Source: an uncultured Piscirickettsiaceae bacterium
GTDB lineage: Bacteria; Pseudomonadota; Gammaproteobacteria; GCF-002020875
Assembly: GCA_964551545.1 (NCBI GenBank)
Contig: CAZKCT010000001.1
Coordinates: 36,065 to 100,064, forward strand
DNA: 64,000 bases
Direction of reading: 5' to 3'
The notes beneath the pieces are model-generated. The model ran no database searches and was not told where the DNA came from. It was given only the letters and a program-made list of their open reading frames with translations. Of this stretch, positions 1 to 12,590 are shown piece by piece. The position numbers were made by a program, and so were the translations under genes. Each line of letters starts with the position of its first letter. Positions within the stretch are counted from its first letter, which is position 1.

Positions 1-504
1 GGCTGGAGTGAGGGGTTTGAGTCAGCTCACTTCTATCCCGAAGATCTACCACAAGAGTGGCGCCTCACCTATCTCTCGAATGAGGTGGATCGGGTGGTGA
101 TTTCTGCTGCGGAGGTGTTGGCGGCGGATGAGGAGCAGATCGAAGAGTGGGAAGAGGATACTCATGAACAGTTTGGCTTTCTGCTTCTCTATCCTTCAGA
201 GGATTCACTGGATCCGCTGTTACAGCGTCTGCGACCACTTGGAGAGAAGTTGGTCGGGACTATTGAAGAAAGTGCGTTGGAGTCCCTGTCGATTGATGTC
301 GCTTCTGGTGAGGAGATTGGGCAGCTTCGTGGAGGGAGCGGCGTGGCCATCTTGATGCCTCGTGAAGTGCTTTCTCCCGCAGCCGTTCGGGCGACTGTTG
401 AGGCGTTGCGAGCGCAGGATATGGATACCCTGTTGATCGCCCCATCCCCTGGATTTACTGCGAATTTGTCCAATTTCGAGACCATCTCCTCTCTGTTGGG
501 GTAG
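1..504 (+). CDS. Hypothetical acidic protein, 5'-partial; the reading frame is open from base 1
   Basis: Frame 1 has no stop from position 1 to the stop at 504. The product is acidic (EEQIEEWEEDTHEQ) and I recognise no motif. It ends 49 nt before mlaF. Confidence 0.4.
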   Translation, partial: GWSEGFESAHFYPEDLPQEWRLTYLSNEVDRVVISAAEVLAADEEQIEEWEEDTHEQFGFLLLYPSEDSLDPLLQRLRPLGEKLVGTIEESALESLSIDVASGEEIGQLRGGSGVAILMPREVLSPAAVRATVEALRAQDMDTLLIAPSPGFTANLSNFETISSLLG

Positions 505-552
505 TGGGCGCGTATAATGCCCACTTTCCGTTCCGATTGAGAGCATTTTACT

Positions 553-1419
553 GTGCCGAGACCCCATCGATCCAAAACGCATGCCGCGCGAGGCCGTCAG
601 AAACGACGACCCGTCGATCGTCTAGTGCGGATTCGTGGGGTTGAATTTGTTCATGAGGCTGGCACCGGGGTAAAAACCTCGCTGTTTCAGGGGATTGATC
701 TGGATATCCATCGCGGCAAAGTGGTTGCGATTCTGGGGCCGAGCGGCACCGGCAAGACAACGCTACTGAAACTGATTGGGGGGCAGCTGGAGCCGAGCCG
801 AGGCTCGGTTGAGGTGGATGGTCAAGTGCTATCTGAGTTGTCGCGCCGATCGCTGTTTCAGCTGCGCCAGCGCATGGGGATGCTGTTTCAGAGCGGCGCA
901 CTGTTGACCGATCTGGATGTCTTTGAGAATGTGGCCTTTCCGATTCGTTCGCATACCCGACTTCCAGAAACCATGGTGCGCGACCTGGTACTGATGAAGC
1001 TGGAGGCGGTGGGGTTGCGTGGAGCGCAATCGTTGATGCCGTCTGAGCTTTCGGGCGGAATGGCACGCCGGGTTGCGCTGGCGCGAGCGATTGCACTGGA
1101 TCCAATGATGGTGCTCTATGATGAGCCCTTTACCGGGCAGGATCCGATCTCGATGGGGGTGCTGATGAAGCTGATTCGGGAGCTTAATCAGGCATTGAGA
1201 TTGACCAGTGTGGTGGTCTCCCATGATGTTGAAGAGACCTTGGCGATTGCCGATTATGCCTATCTGATTTCGGGGGGGCAGGTGGTCGGAAAAGGGACCC
1301 CGCAACAGATTCGTCAGGCGGCCTCTCCATGGGTGCAGCAGTTCCTTCGAGGTGAACCCGATGGACCGGTCTCTTTCCATGCTGAGGCGCTCCCTGTTGA
1401 ACAGGAGTTGATGGCGTAA
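553..1419 (+). CDS. mlaF: Phospholipid ABC transporter ATP-binding protein MlaF
   Basis: Walker [13 protein letters not shown] signature LSGGMARR and Walker B LYDEPF are present. It is first in a conserved mlaFEDCB order. The true start may lie slightly downstream of 553. Confidence 0.85.
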   Translation: MPRPHRSKTHAARGRQKRRPVDRLVRIRGVEFVHEAGTGVKTSLFQGIDLDIHRGKVVAILGPSGTGKTTLLKLIGGQLEPSRGSVEVDGQVLSELSRRSLFQLRQRMGMLFQSGALLTDLDVFENVAFPIRSHTRLPETMVRDLVLMKLEAVGLRGAQSLMPSELSGGMARRVALARAIALDPMMVLYDEPFTGQDPISMGVLMKLIRELNQALRLTSVVVSHDVEETLAIADYAYLISGGQVVGKGTPQQIRQAASPWVQQFLRGEPDGPVSFHAEALPVEQELMA

Positions 1420-2177
1420 TGGTGTCACCACAGCGACTGTTCTCAATGTTTCGGCGCTTGGGGCGGGGGCAGCTTTTTCTGTTGCATCTGCTGGGGGGGG
1501 TAACCGCCTGCTCCTCTCGTTTGCCGTTGATGGTGCAGCAGCTCTATGCCATTGGGGTTCATTCGCTGCCAATTGTGGCGGTGGCAGGCCTGTTTGTGGG
1601 GATGGTATTGGGGCTGCAGGGGTACAACACACTGGTTGATTTCGGTGCGGAGGACTCGCTGGGGGTGCTGGTTGCCCTCTCTCTGGTGCGGGAGTTGGGG
1701 CCTGTGGTTGCGGCGCTGCTATTTGCCGGGCGCGCTGGGTCGGCATTGACGGCAGAGATTGGGTTGATGAAGAGCACCGAACAGCTCTCGGCGATGGAGA
1801 TGATGGCGGTCGATCCGGTGCACCGTATTGTTACCCCGCGTTTTTTGGCTGGTGTGCTTTCGTTGCCGCTATTGACGGCGATCTTTACTCTGTTGGGGGT
1901 CGTTGGTGGTTATCTGATTGGTGTCCCACTACTGGGGATTGATGACGGGGCGTTCTGGTCGCAGATGCAGGCTCAGGTGGATTACTATGACGATGTCCTC
2001 AGTGGCATCATCAAGAGCCTGGTGTTTGGTGTGGTGGTCACCTGGATTGCGCTGTTTGAGGGGTATGATGCCCTGCCAACGTCGGTGGGGGTGGCTCGGG
2101 CAACAACAAAGACGGTGGTACATGCCTCGCTGGCAGTATTGTCGCTCGATTTTATATTGACGGTGGTGATGTTTTGA
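1419..2177 (+). CDS. mlaE: Phospholipid ABC transporter permease MlaE
   Basis: Multi-TM permease. Its start overlaps the mlaF stop (TAATG). Sequence similarity to MlaE/Ttg2B, e.g. [28 protein letters not shown]. Confidence 0.85.
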   Translation: MVSPQRLFSMFRRLGRGQLFLLHLLGGVTACSSRLPLMVQQLYAIGVHSLPIVAVAGLFVGMVLGLQGYNTLVDFGAEDSLGVLVALSLVRELGPVVAALLFAGRAGSALTAEIGLMKSTEQLSAMEMMAVDPVHRIVTPRFLAGVLSLPLLTAIFTLLGVVGGYLIGVPLLGIDDGAFWSQMQAQVDYYDDVLSGIIKSLVFGVVVTWIALFEGYDALPTSVGVARATTKTVVHASLAVLSLDFILTVVMF

Positions 2178-2210
2178 TCACCTCCGAACATTGATGGGTG
2201 GAAAAATAAG

Positions 2211-2777
2211 ATGAGACAGAGCAGAACTGTTGAGATCTGGGTGGGGCTATTTGTAGGGCTCGGGATTGCGGCGCTGGTAGTGCTGGCATTCTATGTGGGC
2301 AATCTGGGTAGCTATAATGATGAGGCCCACTACCGGTTAGAGGCCCGTTTTGATGAGATCGGTGGCCTCAAGCCTCGTTCTCCAGTGACGATCTCAGGGG
2401 TTCAAGTGGGCCGAGTGACCACAGTGAGTCTCGATCCACTGGAGTATCGTGCCGTCGTGAGGATGGAGATTGATCCATTGAAGCTGCCACTGCAGCGGCT
2501 TGGGGAGCAGGGGGAGCCGTTACTGAATGAGCAGGGGGAGGCGTTGCTGTGTGGCCCGGACGGGGTGCCTCCTGCCTGTGCCACCGTGCTCTATGAGGAT
2601 GCATCGGCCTCTGTACTCACTGCCGGGATGCTGGGGGAGCAGTATATCGGGCTGGAACCTGGTGGTGGTGCGCTCGGATTTCTCTACCCTGGAGATGAAG
2701 TGCGGATGACGCAGTCATCGATTGCGTTGGAGCAGGTGATTGGCCAGTTCCTCTTCAATCAAGTGGACCGCAATTGA
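2211..2777 (+). CDS. mlaD: MCE-domain protein MlaD, with an approximately 30-aa insertion in the MCE domain
   Basis: N-terminal TM anchor followed by an MCE domain (ISGVQVGRVTTVSLDP ... GEQYIGLEPG). There is extra sequence between the conserved EID and GEQY blocks relative to E. coli MlaD. Confidence 0.85.
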   Translation: MRQSRTVEIWVGLFVGLGIAALVVLAFYVGNLGSYNDEAHYRLEARFDEIGGLKPRSPVTISGVQVGRVTTVSLDPLEYRAVVRMEIDPLKLPLQRLGEQGEPLLNEQGEALLCGPDGVPPACATVLYEDASASVLTAGMLGEQYIGLEPGGGALGFLYPGDEVRMTQSSIALEQVIGQFLFNQVDRN

Positions 2778-2894
2778 TCCCGGAAGGCCGGAAGAAATGA
2801 GATCGTCTATAACAAAATGTAGGTTGCCGGCCATTGAACAAACAGGGAAAATAGGCCGTTCCGCTTCGAACCGTTTAAGAAAGAACGTACTTTA

Positions 2895-3539
2895 GTGATG
2901 AACAGACAGCCCAAAACTCTTCTATTCCTTATCTTTTTAATGTTTGGATGGTTTTCCAGTGCATCTGCCACAACAGCAGAGACGCCAGACCTGACCATGC
3001 AGCGTCTCACCGATCAGGTGATGAGTCGTTTGATCGAGAAAGAGGCGTTTCTCAAACAGAACCCTGATCAGGTGCAGCAGGTCGCGCGCGAGTTGGTGGA
3101 CGAGTTTGTCATTCCTCATCTCGATATGAAGTTGATGTCACGCTGGATCGTCGGCAAGAGCTGGCGCAAGGCGACGGCCAGCCAGCGGCAGCGATTCATC
3201 GATGAGTTTACCGGCATGTTGATTCGCACCTACGCCAGTGCGTTGCTAGAATTCCGGGGTAAGAGTGTGATCTTCAAACCATTCAAGCGTGACCCCAAGC
3301 GTAAAGATGGCGTCGTGCGGGCAGAGTTCTCTAGTAACGATGGAACCCCGGTGATTCCCGTGCTATTCCGAGTGCGTCCCAACAAGCAGGCAGAGTGGAA
3401 GATTTTTGACATCATTGTGGATGGGATTAGTCTGGTGAAGAACTACCGCTCCAGCTTTGGTGCCGAAATTCGAAAGGTGGGACTTGAGGGGTTGATCCAG
3501 CGGCTCTCCAGTCACAATCAGGGGCAGCAGGAGGGGTGA
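2895..3539 (+). CDS. mlaC: Periplasmic phospholipid-binding protein MlaC (Ttg2D family)
   Basis: Has a signal peptide. Tgt2/MlaC family signature WKIFDIIVDGISLVKNYRSSF. It sits fourth in the mla operon. Confidence 0.8.
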   Translation: MMNRQPKTLLFLIFLMFGWFSSASATTAETPDLTMQRLTDQVMSRLIEKEAFLKQNPDQVQQVARELVDEFVIPHLDMKLMSRWIVGKSWRKATASQRQRFIDEFTGMLIRTYASALLEFRGKSVIFKPFKRDPKRKDGVVRAEFSSNDGTPVIPVLFRVRPNKQAEWKIFDIIVDGISLVKNYRSSFGAEIRKVGLEGLIQRLSSHNQGQQEG

Positions 3540-3874
3540 GTGGACCGCACTTCTCGATGGAGGTGGATGACTCTGGTCAGATCCTGATTCGGGGAGAGCT
3601 CACCTTTGCAACGGTCGAGCGTGCGCTGAAAGTCTCTTCAAAATTGTTTGTATCAGAATCCACGTCGGCAGACTCAATCACCATCAATCTCAAGAAGGTG
3701 CGTAGAGTGGATAGTGCGGGGCTCTCGCTGTTGCTGGAGTGGATGCGCCACTTTCGTCGTGAACAGAAGACGGTCTTCTTTGACAAGGTTCCCTATTCAC
3801 TGCAGCGCCTCTCTCGGATTGGCGGAATCGAGTCTCTGCTTCTCTCTGTGACAGCGACCCGGCCCCTCTTCTAG
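3536..3874 (+). CDS. mlaB: STAS-domain protein MlaB (the start may instead be the ATG at 3557)
   Basis: STAS anti-sigma-factor-antagonist fold motifs (INLKKVRRVDSAGLSLLLEW). The GTG at 3536 overlaps the mlaC stop. The alternative ATG at 3557 gives 105 aa. Confidence 0.65.
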   Translation: MSGPHFSMEVDDSGQILIRGELTFATVERALKVSSKLFVSESTSADSITINLKKVRRVDSAGLSLLLEWMRHFRREQKTVFFDKVPYSLQRLSRIGGIESLLLSVTATRPLF

Positions 3875-3878
3875 GAGG

Positions 3879-4792
3879 ATGAACAAGGCGCCTGCCATTG
3901 CACTGCATCAGGTGGAGAAGCAGTATGCATCTACCCACGCCCTGAAGGGCGTCAGTTTTCAGATTGAACAGGGGGAGTTCTTCGGGTTGTTGGGGCCGAA
4001 TGGTGCCGGTAAATCGACCCTGATCAATATCATGGGGGGGCTGGTCCGAGCCACTTCCGGGCGGATTGAAGTGATGGGGCATGATGTGGTTTCCGATTAC
4101 CGCAATGCCCGCAAGCGCATCGGTATTGTGCCGCAGGAACTGGTCTACGACCCCTTCTTCACTGTCTGGGAGATGTTGACCATCCAGTCGGGCTATTTTG
4201 GCCTGGGGCGAGAGAATCATGCTTGGCTCGATGAGTTGTTGGAGACGCTAAATCTGACCGAGAAGCGAGATGAGAACGTGCAGCGCCTCTCGGGTGGGAT
4301 GAAACGTCGGGTGTTGATTGCGCAGGCCTTGGTCCATCGCCCGCCGGTCGTGGTGCTGGATGAGCCGACGGCTGGGGTCGATGTGGAGCTGCGGCGTGCC
4401 CTGTGGAGTTTTGCCCATCGTCTCCATAGTGAGGGGCATACCATCGTGCTCACCACCCACTATCTGGAGGAGGCGGAGTCGATGTGCGACCGCATCGCGA
4501 TTCTCAACCGGGGGGAGTTGGTGGCGCTGAATGCTCAGCAGGCGCTGATCGCCGATTACGCTCATCAGATTGGGGTGTTCGACGGACGTCTGGATGGTGC
4601 ACTGCCGGAGATCGTCGAAAATGCCATCGTCTCCCGCAGTCGCAACCGTACCCAGATTTGTGTCCCGCGCGGCCCAGAACGGCAGGCACTGTTCCAGCAG
4701 TTGGCTGCAATCGGGATTGAGCGGCAGCAGCTTCAGCTGCGAGAGCCAACGTTGGAAGAGGTTTTTCTCGGGTTAACCGGAGACGATGCGCG

Positions 4793-4796
<4 letters not shown>
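3879..4796 (+). CDS. ABC-2 type transporter ATP-binding protein (YadG-like)
   Basis: Walker A GPNGAGKST, signature LSGGMKRR, Walker B VVLDEPTAGVD. It is coupled to the downstream permease. Confidence 0.8.
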
Positions 4797-6813
<2,017 letters not shown>

Positions 6814-6835
6814 CTGAATCAGTTACAATTCGCGC

Positions 6836-7471
6836 ATGGAAAAGCCATTGACAATTGCTCTCTCCAAAGGGCGGATCTACAAGGACACCCTGCCGCTTTT
6901 AGAGGCGGCGGGGATTCGTCCTGTTGATGATCCTGTTACTAGCCGCAAGCTGATTCTCGATACCAACCTCGACCATGTGAAGGTGGTGGTGATCCGTGCC
7001 ACCGATGTCCCCACCTTTGTGGAGCGCGGCGTGGCCGATCTCGGTGTTGCAGGCAAGGATGTGTTGATGGAGCATGGCGGTGAAAACCTCTATGAGCCAC
7101 TCGATCTGCAGATCGCCAAGTGTCGAATGATGACCGCCGGTGTGGTCGGTGCGCCAGAGCCCACAGGCCGGATGCGTATCGCTACCAAATATGTGAAGTC
7201 GGCACAGGACTATTTTTCCTCTCTGGGGCAGCAGGTCGAGATCATCAAACTCTACGGGGCGATGGAGCTGGCACCGCTGGTGGGACTGGCTGATCGCATT
7301 GTCGATCTGGTCGAGACCGGGAATACTCTCAAGGCCAATGGGCTGGAGCCACTGGAAGAGATTGCCCACATCAGCTCTCGGCTGGTGGTCAACAAGGCCT
7401 CCATGAAGATGAAGAGCCGCCAGGTCAAGTCACTGATTGATTTGATGGCGGTCGCTGTTGAGCAGCGCTGA
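6836..7471 (+). CDS. hisG: ATP phosphoribosyltransferase, short form
   Basis: [22 protein letters not shown] at 211 aa is the short HisG type. The murA-hisG-hisD-hisC synteny matches Pseudomonas. Confidence 0.9.
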   Translation: MEKPLTIALSKGRIYKDTLPLLEAAGIRPVDDPVTSRKLILDTNLDHVKVVVIRATDVPTFVERGVADLGVAGKDVLMEHGGENLYEPLDLQIAKCRMMTAGVVGAPEPTGRMRIATKYVKSAQDYFSSLGQQVEIIKLYGAMELAPLVGLADRIVDLVETGNTLKANGLEPLEEIAHISSRLVVNKASMKMKSRQVKSLIDLMAVAVEQR

Positions 7472-7628
7472 AAATGCACTTTTCCCGCGATGATTGCGTC
7501 AGCTCCGTACTCGAGTCCTCATGTACTGAAATGTACATTCCGGCCCTCCGTGCGGTGCTTCCTTGTCCTCACGGAAAAATTACTATTTTCAGCACCACTC
7601 AAGTAGAAAAGAACCAAGGATAGTCACC

Positions 7629-8918
7629 ATGAGAAGATTGAATCGTGCCGATGCCGGTTTTGATGCCGAATTGGAGCAGCTGCTGGCGTGGGAGGGGGTC
7701 TCCAACGATCAGGTTAATGAGACGGTTCGTGAAATTATCCGTGAGATTCGTGGCCGTGGAGATGAGGCGCTGGTGGAGTACACCAATCGCTTTGACCGCC
7801 TCACGGCAGCGAGCATGGATGAACTGATCCTGCCGCAGGAGCGACTGCAGCAGGCACTGGATAATCTGCCGGAAGATCAGCGCAAGGCACTGGAGCTCTC
7901 CGCAGAGCGTGTTCGGCTTTATCATGAGCACCAGAAGGTGGAGTCGTGGAGCTACACCGAGGACGACGGTACCATGCTGGGGCAGCAGGTGACGGCGCTT
8001 GATCGTGTGGGGCTCTATGTGCCGGGTGGCAAGGCAGCCTATCCTTCCTCAGTGCTGATGAATGCTGTGCCTGCCAAGGTGGCGGGTGTTGAAGAGTTGA
8101 TTATGGTCGTACCGACGCCGGATGGTGTCGTCAACGAGCTGGTGCTGGCAGCAGCGGCAATCTCCAATGTGGATAAGGTTTTCTGTGTCGGTGGCGCACA
8201 GGCGGTTGCAGCGCTGGCCTACGGGACTGAGAGCGTGCCGCAGGTAGATAAGATTGTCGGGCCTGGGAATATCTATGTGGCGACGGCCAAAGGGATGGTC
8301 TTTGGTGCGGTTGGCATCGACATGATTGCAGGGCCGTCTGAGATTTTGGTGGTCTGTGATGGCCAGACCGATCCCGACTGGATTGCGATGGATCTCTTCT
8401 CGCAGGCGGAGCATGATGAGGACGCACAGTCGATTCTGGTCTCCCCCGATGCGGACTTTCTCGATCAGGTCGAGGCGAGCATTAACAAACTGCTCGACGG
8501 CATGGAGCGTGCCGACATCATCCGCACAGCATTGAAGGATCGAGGTGCACTGATTCAGGTCGGGAGCATGGATCAGGCGCTGGAGGTGATCAACACTATT
8601 GCACCGGAACATCTGGAGCTGTCGGTTGATGACCCTCAAGCACTATTGCCTGGCATCAAGCATGCGGGTGCGATCTTTATGGGGCGCTATACTGCTGAGG
8701 CATTGGGCGACTACTGTGCGGGACCAAACCACGTCCTGCCGACCTCGCGCACTGCCCGCTTCTCCTCGCCGCTGGGTGTCTACGATTTCCAGAAGCGCTC
8801 CAGTCTGATCATGTGTTCCGCCGATGGCGCATCAGAGCTGGGCAAGACGGCCTCAGTGCTGGCGCGGGGCGAGGGGCTGACGGCTCATGCGCAGTCGGCT
8901 GAGTATCGTATTAAGTAG
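7629..8918 (+). CDS. hisD: Histidinol dehydrogenase
   Basis: HisD motifs ([35 protein letters not shown]). The ATG at 7629 has an upstream AAGGA. The ORF-track start at 7563 adds 22 unlikely residues. Confidence 0.9.
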   Translation: MRRLNRADAGFDAELEQLLAWEGVSNDQVNETVREIIREIRGRGDEALVEYTNRFDRLTAASMDELILPQERLQQALDNLPEDQRKALELSAERVRLYHEHQKVESWSYTEDDGTMLGQQVTALDRVGLYVPGGKAAYPSSVLMNAVPAKVAGVEELIMVVPTPDGVVNELVLAAAAISNVDKVFCVGGAQAVAALAYGTESVPQVDKIVGPGNIYVATAKGMVFGAVGIDMIAGPSEILVVCDGQTDPDWIAMDLFSQAEHDEDAQSILVSPDADFLDQVEASINKLLDGMERADIIRTALKDRGALIQVGSMDQALEVINTIAPEHLELSVDDPQALLPGIKHAGAIFMGRYTAEALGDYCAGPNHVLPTSRTARFSSPLGVYDFQKRSSLIMCSADGASELGKTASVLARGEGLTAHAQSAEYRIK

Positions 8919-9007
8919 CTTTTACCATGAAGGGCCTGAAGAATATGAAGATTCTTTGTCGGCAGTTCTTCATGAACTTTATATTCTTCATGGTGTAATC
9001 TGTTTCA

Positions 9008-10087
9008 ATGATGAAAGATTGGGTACGTCCTGAGATTGCCGCGCTGTCGGCCTACCATGTTCCCGCTGCCGGGGATTGGGTCAAGCTTGATGCGATGGAG
9101 AATCCCTATCCATGGCCGGAGGATCTTCAGAAACAGTGGCTGGACGCCCTGCCTGAGGTCGAGCTGAACCGTTACCCGGATCCAGCGGCGCACCAATTAA
9201 CGGCTGAGCTATGTAAAGTAATGGATGTGCCCGAAGGGTACGAGATTGTGTTGGGCAATGGCTCGGATGAGCTGATCCAGCTGTTGATGATGGTGGTGGC
9301 TGCACCGGGACGGAAGATCCTGGCCCCGGAGCCGACCTTTGTGATGTACGAGATGATCGCAAAGTTTGTTGGTATGGCGTTTGTTGGGGTGCCACTGGAT
9401 GGTGAGTTCAATCTTGATCTTGATACTATGGTGGCGGCGATTGAGCAGCATCAGCCTGCGGTGACGTTTTTGGCCTATCCCAATAACCCGACAGGTAACC
9501 TGTTTGATCGTGCCGCGGTCGAGAAGATCCTTGAGGTGGCTGAGGGCTTTGTGGTGGTCGATGAGGCCTACCATGTCTTCGCTGAAGAGAGCTTTATGTC
9601 AGAGTTGCCCAACCATGAAAACCTGTTGGTGATGCGTACCGTCTCCAAGATGGGGCTGGCGGGGTTGCGTCTGGGGTTGATGGCGGGCGATCCGCGCTGG
9701 ATCAATGAGATCAACAAAGTGCGCCTCCCCTACAATATCAATGTGCTGACTCAGCACGCGGCGACTTTCATTCTGCGCCATGCCGAGGTGCTGGAGGCGC
9801 AGGCGGTAACTCTGAGAGAGGAACGAGAGAAGCTGCTACAGGCGCTTGAGTCGATTGATGGCGTAGTACAGGTCTATCCCAGCCGAGCCAACTTCATCCT
9901 GTTTCGGGTGGCAGAAGGGCAGGCGACTCCGTTGTTTGAGGTGATGAAGGTGGGTGGTGTGTTGGTCAAGAACCTCTCTCCGGCAGGCGGTGCGTTGGTG
10001 GATACGATACGTGTCACGGTCAGTCGTTCGGAAGAGAATAGACAATTTCTGGATGCGCTCTCTGCAGGATTGATGTCAATCAAATAG
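9008..10087 (+). CDS. hisC: Histidinol-phosphate aminotransferase
   Basis: Class II aminotransferase. The PLP-lysine region TVSKMGLAGLRLG is present. Confidence 0.9.
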   Translation: MMKDWVRPEIAALSAYHVPAAGDWVKLDAMENPYPWPEDLQKQWLDALPEVELNRYPDPAAHQLTAELCKVMDVPEGYEIVLGNGSDELIQLLMMVVAAPGRKILAPEPTFVMYEMIAKFVGMAFVGVPLDGEFNLDLDTMVAAIEQHQPAVTFLAYPNNPTGNLFDRAAVEKILEVAEGFVVVDEAYHVFAEESFMSELPNHENLLVMRTVSKMGLAGLRLGLMAGDPRWINEINKVRLPYNINVLTQHAATFILRHAEVLEAQAVTLREEREKLLQALESIDGVVQVYPSRANFILFRVAEGQATPLFEVMKVGGVLVKNLSPAGGALVDTIRVTVSRSEENRQFLDALSAGLMSIK

Positions 10088-10225
10088 GCAGAAGGAACTG
10101 TTTCTCAAGGGCGTTCTATTCGCTCTAAAATCAATATTTTCCACTCTGAAGTGGTTCATTTTCTGCGGTATAAATCACCATGCAAGTACTCCATGAATTG
10201 TTTAGACGCTGGCGGATCATTGCGG

Positions 10226-10246
10226 CTGATCTGATCTGATCTGATC
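10226..10246. repeat. (CTGAT)4 pentanucleotide microsatellite containing four GATC sites
   Basis: CTGATCTGATCTGATCTGATC lies about 70 nt upstream of the GGDEF gene's GTG start. Confidence 0.9.
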
Positions 10247-10315
10247 AGTGCGGAGCGACATACCGAGGACTTCAATAGCAGTCGAGGGCAGATTCTGCAC
10301 GGCCGGATACAGGTA

Positions 10316-11326
10316 GTGGCGGTCATTACCTCGTTACTGGCTTTGCTCTGGATACCGGTTGATTTTCTGATGCTGCAACCCGAGCCCTTCCAGATGGTAT
10401 TGTGGATGAGGGTGTTATGGAGTCTGCTCTTTCTGGTGGTTGCCTTTGGCTGGCCTCAGCAAGACCATTCGTTAAGGCGAGGCTACTTGAGGCTGATCGC
10501 AATGATGTTGATCTACGCGCTCGCCTATTTCTATCTCTGGTTCTTTGTCTTTGAGAGTGCGCAGCAGCAGGATTTCACGGCTGGTTACTCCTTTGTCCCC
10601 TATATCGCCATCATGATGTTGGCTGTTTTTCCGTTGACGCTGTTTGAGGGCATGGTGGCCATTGTGTTGGTTGTGCTGGCGGTGTTGGGTACAGACCTCC
10701 AGACCAGCACTATTTTGGCGTTGCCGATCTGGATCAAGCTCTGGTTTATGGGGGTGATTGCAATCATCGTGATGTGGGCCAGTGCCTCGCAGCTCCATGG
10801 GTTGATGGCGCTCTATCGGGAGGCGACCCGGGATGCGGTGACCGGGCTCTTCAATCGGCGCCTGATTCTTGAGGAACTTCAGCGGCTACGCAACGAGCTG
10901 CTAGAGAAGGGACAGCCGGGTGCCGTGATGATGGTCGATCTTGATCGTTTCAAGCGGATCAATGATGAGTACGGACACCTTAGTGGAGATCGAGTACTGC
11001 AGGACTTTGCCCGAGCAGTGACAGGTCTGCATCCCGCGCTGGTACAGGTTGGGCGCTATGGGGGAGAGGAATTTCTAATTCTTGCCTCTGGAGTGGCGGG
11101 TGAGGAGGCCTGTAAGATTTCTGAAATGGTCAATCAGGCACTGCGAAATCGCAGTGTGGCTGGAGTAGATGGTGAACTGATCCAGTATACGGCCAGTATC
11201 GGTGTGGCAGAGTTCGTTGAGGGGGAGAGTGATGAATCACTACTCAATCGAGCGGATCAGGCACTCTATCTTGCCAAGGGTGGTGGGCGCGATAGTACCG
11301 TGCTGGCAGAGCCAGAGGCTTGCTAG
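10316..11326 (+). CDS. Membrane-anchored diguanylate cyclase (GGDEF domain)
   Basis: N-terminal multi-TM region. C-terminal GGDEF domain with an active-site GGEEF and a DRFKRINDEYGHLSGD block. GTG start. Confidence 0.8.
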   Translation: MAVITSLLALLWIPVDFLMLQPEPFQMVLWMRVLWSLLFLVVAFGWPQQDHSLRRGYLRLIAMMLIYALAYFYLWFFVFESAQQQDFTAGYSFVPYIAIMMLAVFPLTLFEGMVAIVLVVLAVLGTDLQTSTILALPIWIKLWFMGVIAIIVMWASASQLHGLMALYREATRDAVTGLFNRRLILEELQRLRNELLEKGQPGAVMMVDLDRFKRINDEYGHLSGDRVLQDFARAVTGLHPALVQVGRYGGEEFLILASGVAGEEACKISEMVNQALRNRSVAGVDGELIQYTASIGVAEFVEGESDESLLNRADQALYLAKGGGRDSTVLAEPEAC

Positions 11327-11332
11327 ATTCGT

Positions 11333-12469
11333 TTACTGTTTAGGCCCGATCTTTACCTGCCAGCGTGCCGCCTCGCCATTGTGAATGCCACGGAGCTCGA
11401 TGGTGGAGCCCAGTGGGCGGTTGAGCGCGTAGTGGGCAATTTCTTCGCCGCTTTGAATGGCATCACCATCGACATGGGTGATGATATCTCCTGGCGTTAA
11501 TCCCGCCTGAGCCGCAGGCCCATTGCGGTAGATGCCAGCCACCAGTGCTCCGTGTGTGGTGCGTACCCCGAATGACTCTGCCAGTTCGGGAGTCAAATTT
11601 TGCATCTCGACACCCACCCACCCCCGCTGGACTTTTCCATGCTCAATCAGCTGCTCCATGACATGCTGCGCCGTGGCGACCGGGATGGCAAACCCAATCC
11701 CATGAGAGGCACCGGTCTTGGAGAAGATGGCGGTATTGATCCCGATTAGGTGACCATCGGCATTGATTAGTGCGCCGCCGGAGTTTCCAGGGTTGATGGC
11801 GGCATCGGTCTGGATGAAGTTTTCCTGGTTGCTGATGCCAAGCTGGTTGCGATTGGTGGCACTGATGATGCCCATGGTGACAGTCTGGCCCACCCCAAAT
11901 GGGTTGCCGATGGCGAGTACCACGTCCCCCACCCGTAGAGGGCTGGAGTGGCCAAAGGTAATTGACGGGAGGTCATCCATATCCATCTTCAGTAGTGCAA
12001 GATCGGTTTCCGGGTCGTTGCCGATCAGCTGTGCCTTGCTGATACGGCCATCATGGAGGGAGATTTGGATCTCATCTGCGCCATCAATGACGTGGTTATT
12101 GGTGAGGATGTAACCATCGCGGCTGACAATGACGCCGGACCCAAGACTGGTCTCCAGCCGCTTGCGCGGCACAGTGCGGAGCTGGTCCCCAAAGAAGTGG
12201 CGAAACACCGGGTCGTCAAACAGGCTGATGCGGCGTTCGGTCACTACCTTGGCGGTATTGATGTTGACCACTGCAGGGGCTGCCTTATCGACCGCGTCAG
12301 CATAGGACACGGGTCCTTGGTGGTTGGCGCTTGGATTGCTGCTCTGTTGAATCTCGACTACGGGACCAGAGCGGACAAAAATCTCCGGACGCAGCAGCAT
12401 CAGCAGAAAGAGTCCGGCCAACGCGAAGGTGGTGAGGCGAATCAGTGTGGTGACAACAGATGAATTCAT
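11333..12469 (-). CDS. degS: DegS/AlgW-like periplasmic serine endoprotease (trypsin fold plus one PDZ domain)
   Basis: N-terminal membrane anchor, trypsin-like catalytic motifs (GYILTNNHV, GNSGGAL) and a single C-terminal PDZ domain at 378 aa. Confidence 0.8.
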   Translation of the reverse strand: MNSSVVTTLIRLTTFALAGLFLLMLLRPEIFVRSGPVVEIQQSSNPSANHQGPVSYADAVDKAAPAVVNINTAKVVTERRISLFDDPVFRHFFGDQLRTVPRKRLETSLGSGVIVSRDGYILTNNHVIDGADEIQISLHDGRISKAQLIGNDPETDLALLKMDMDDLPSITFGHSSPLRVGDVVLAIGNPFGVGQTVTMGIISATNRNQLGISNQENFIQTDAAINPGNSGGALINADGHLIGINTAIFSKTGASHGIGFAIPVATAQHVMEQLIEHGKVQRGWVGVEMQNLTPELAESFGVRTTHGALVAGIYRNGPAAQAGLTPGDIITHVDGDAIQSGEEIAHYALNRPLGSTIELRGIHNGEAARWQVKIGPKQ

Positions 12470-12590
12470 GGGCGGATCATAACGAATCTATGTTACAAAT
12501 ATCGGAACTGTTTAGCTCACTTCTAAAACAGCTACAGGTGTTGCTGAACAGTGACCAAAATATCAGGTTAACCAGAAATATGGGGATGGT

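Noticed and set aside
504-552. GTGGGC...TATAAT...GCCCAC hairpin/promoter upstream of mlaF
   Set aside because: It could be either a terminator of the upstream gene or a -10 element. I could not distinguish them from sequence alone.
829-1746. 305-aa ORF antisense to mlaF/mlaE
   Set aside because: The product is a Pro/Arg/Ala-rich low-complexity translation typical of the reverse strand of GC-rich coding DNA. It fully overlaps two well-supported genes.
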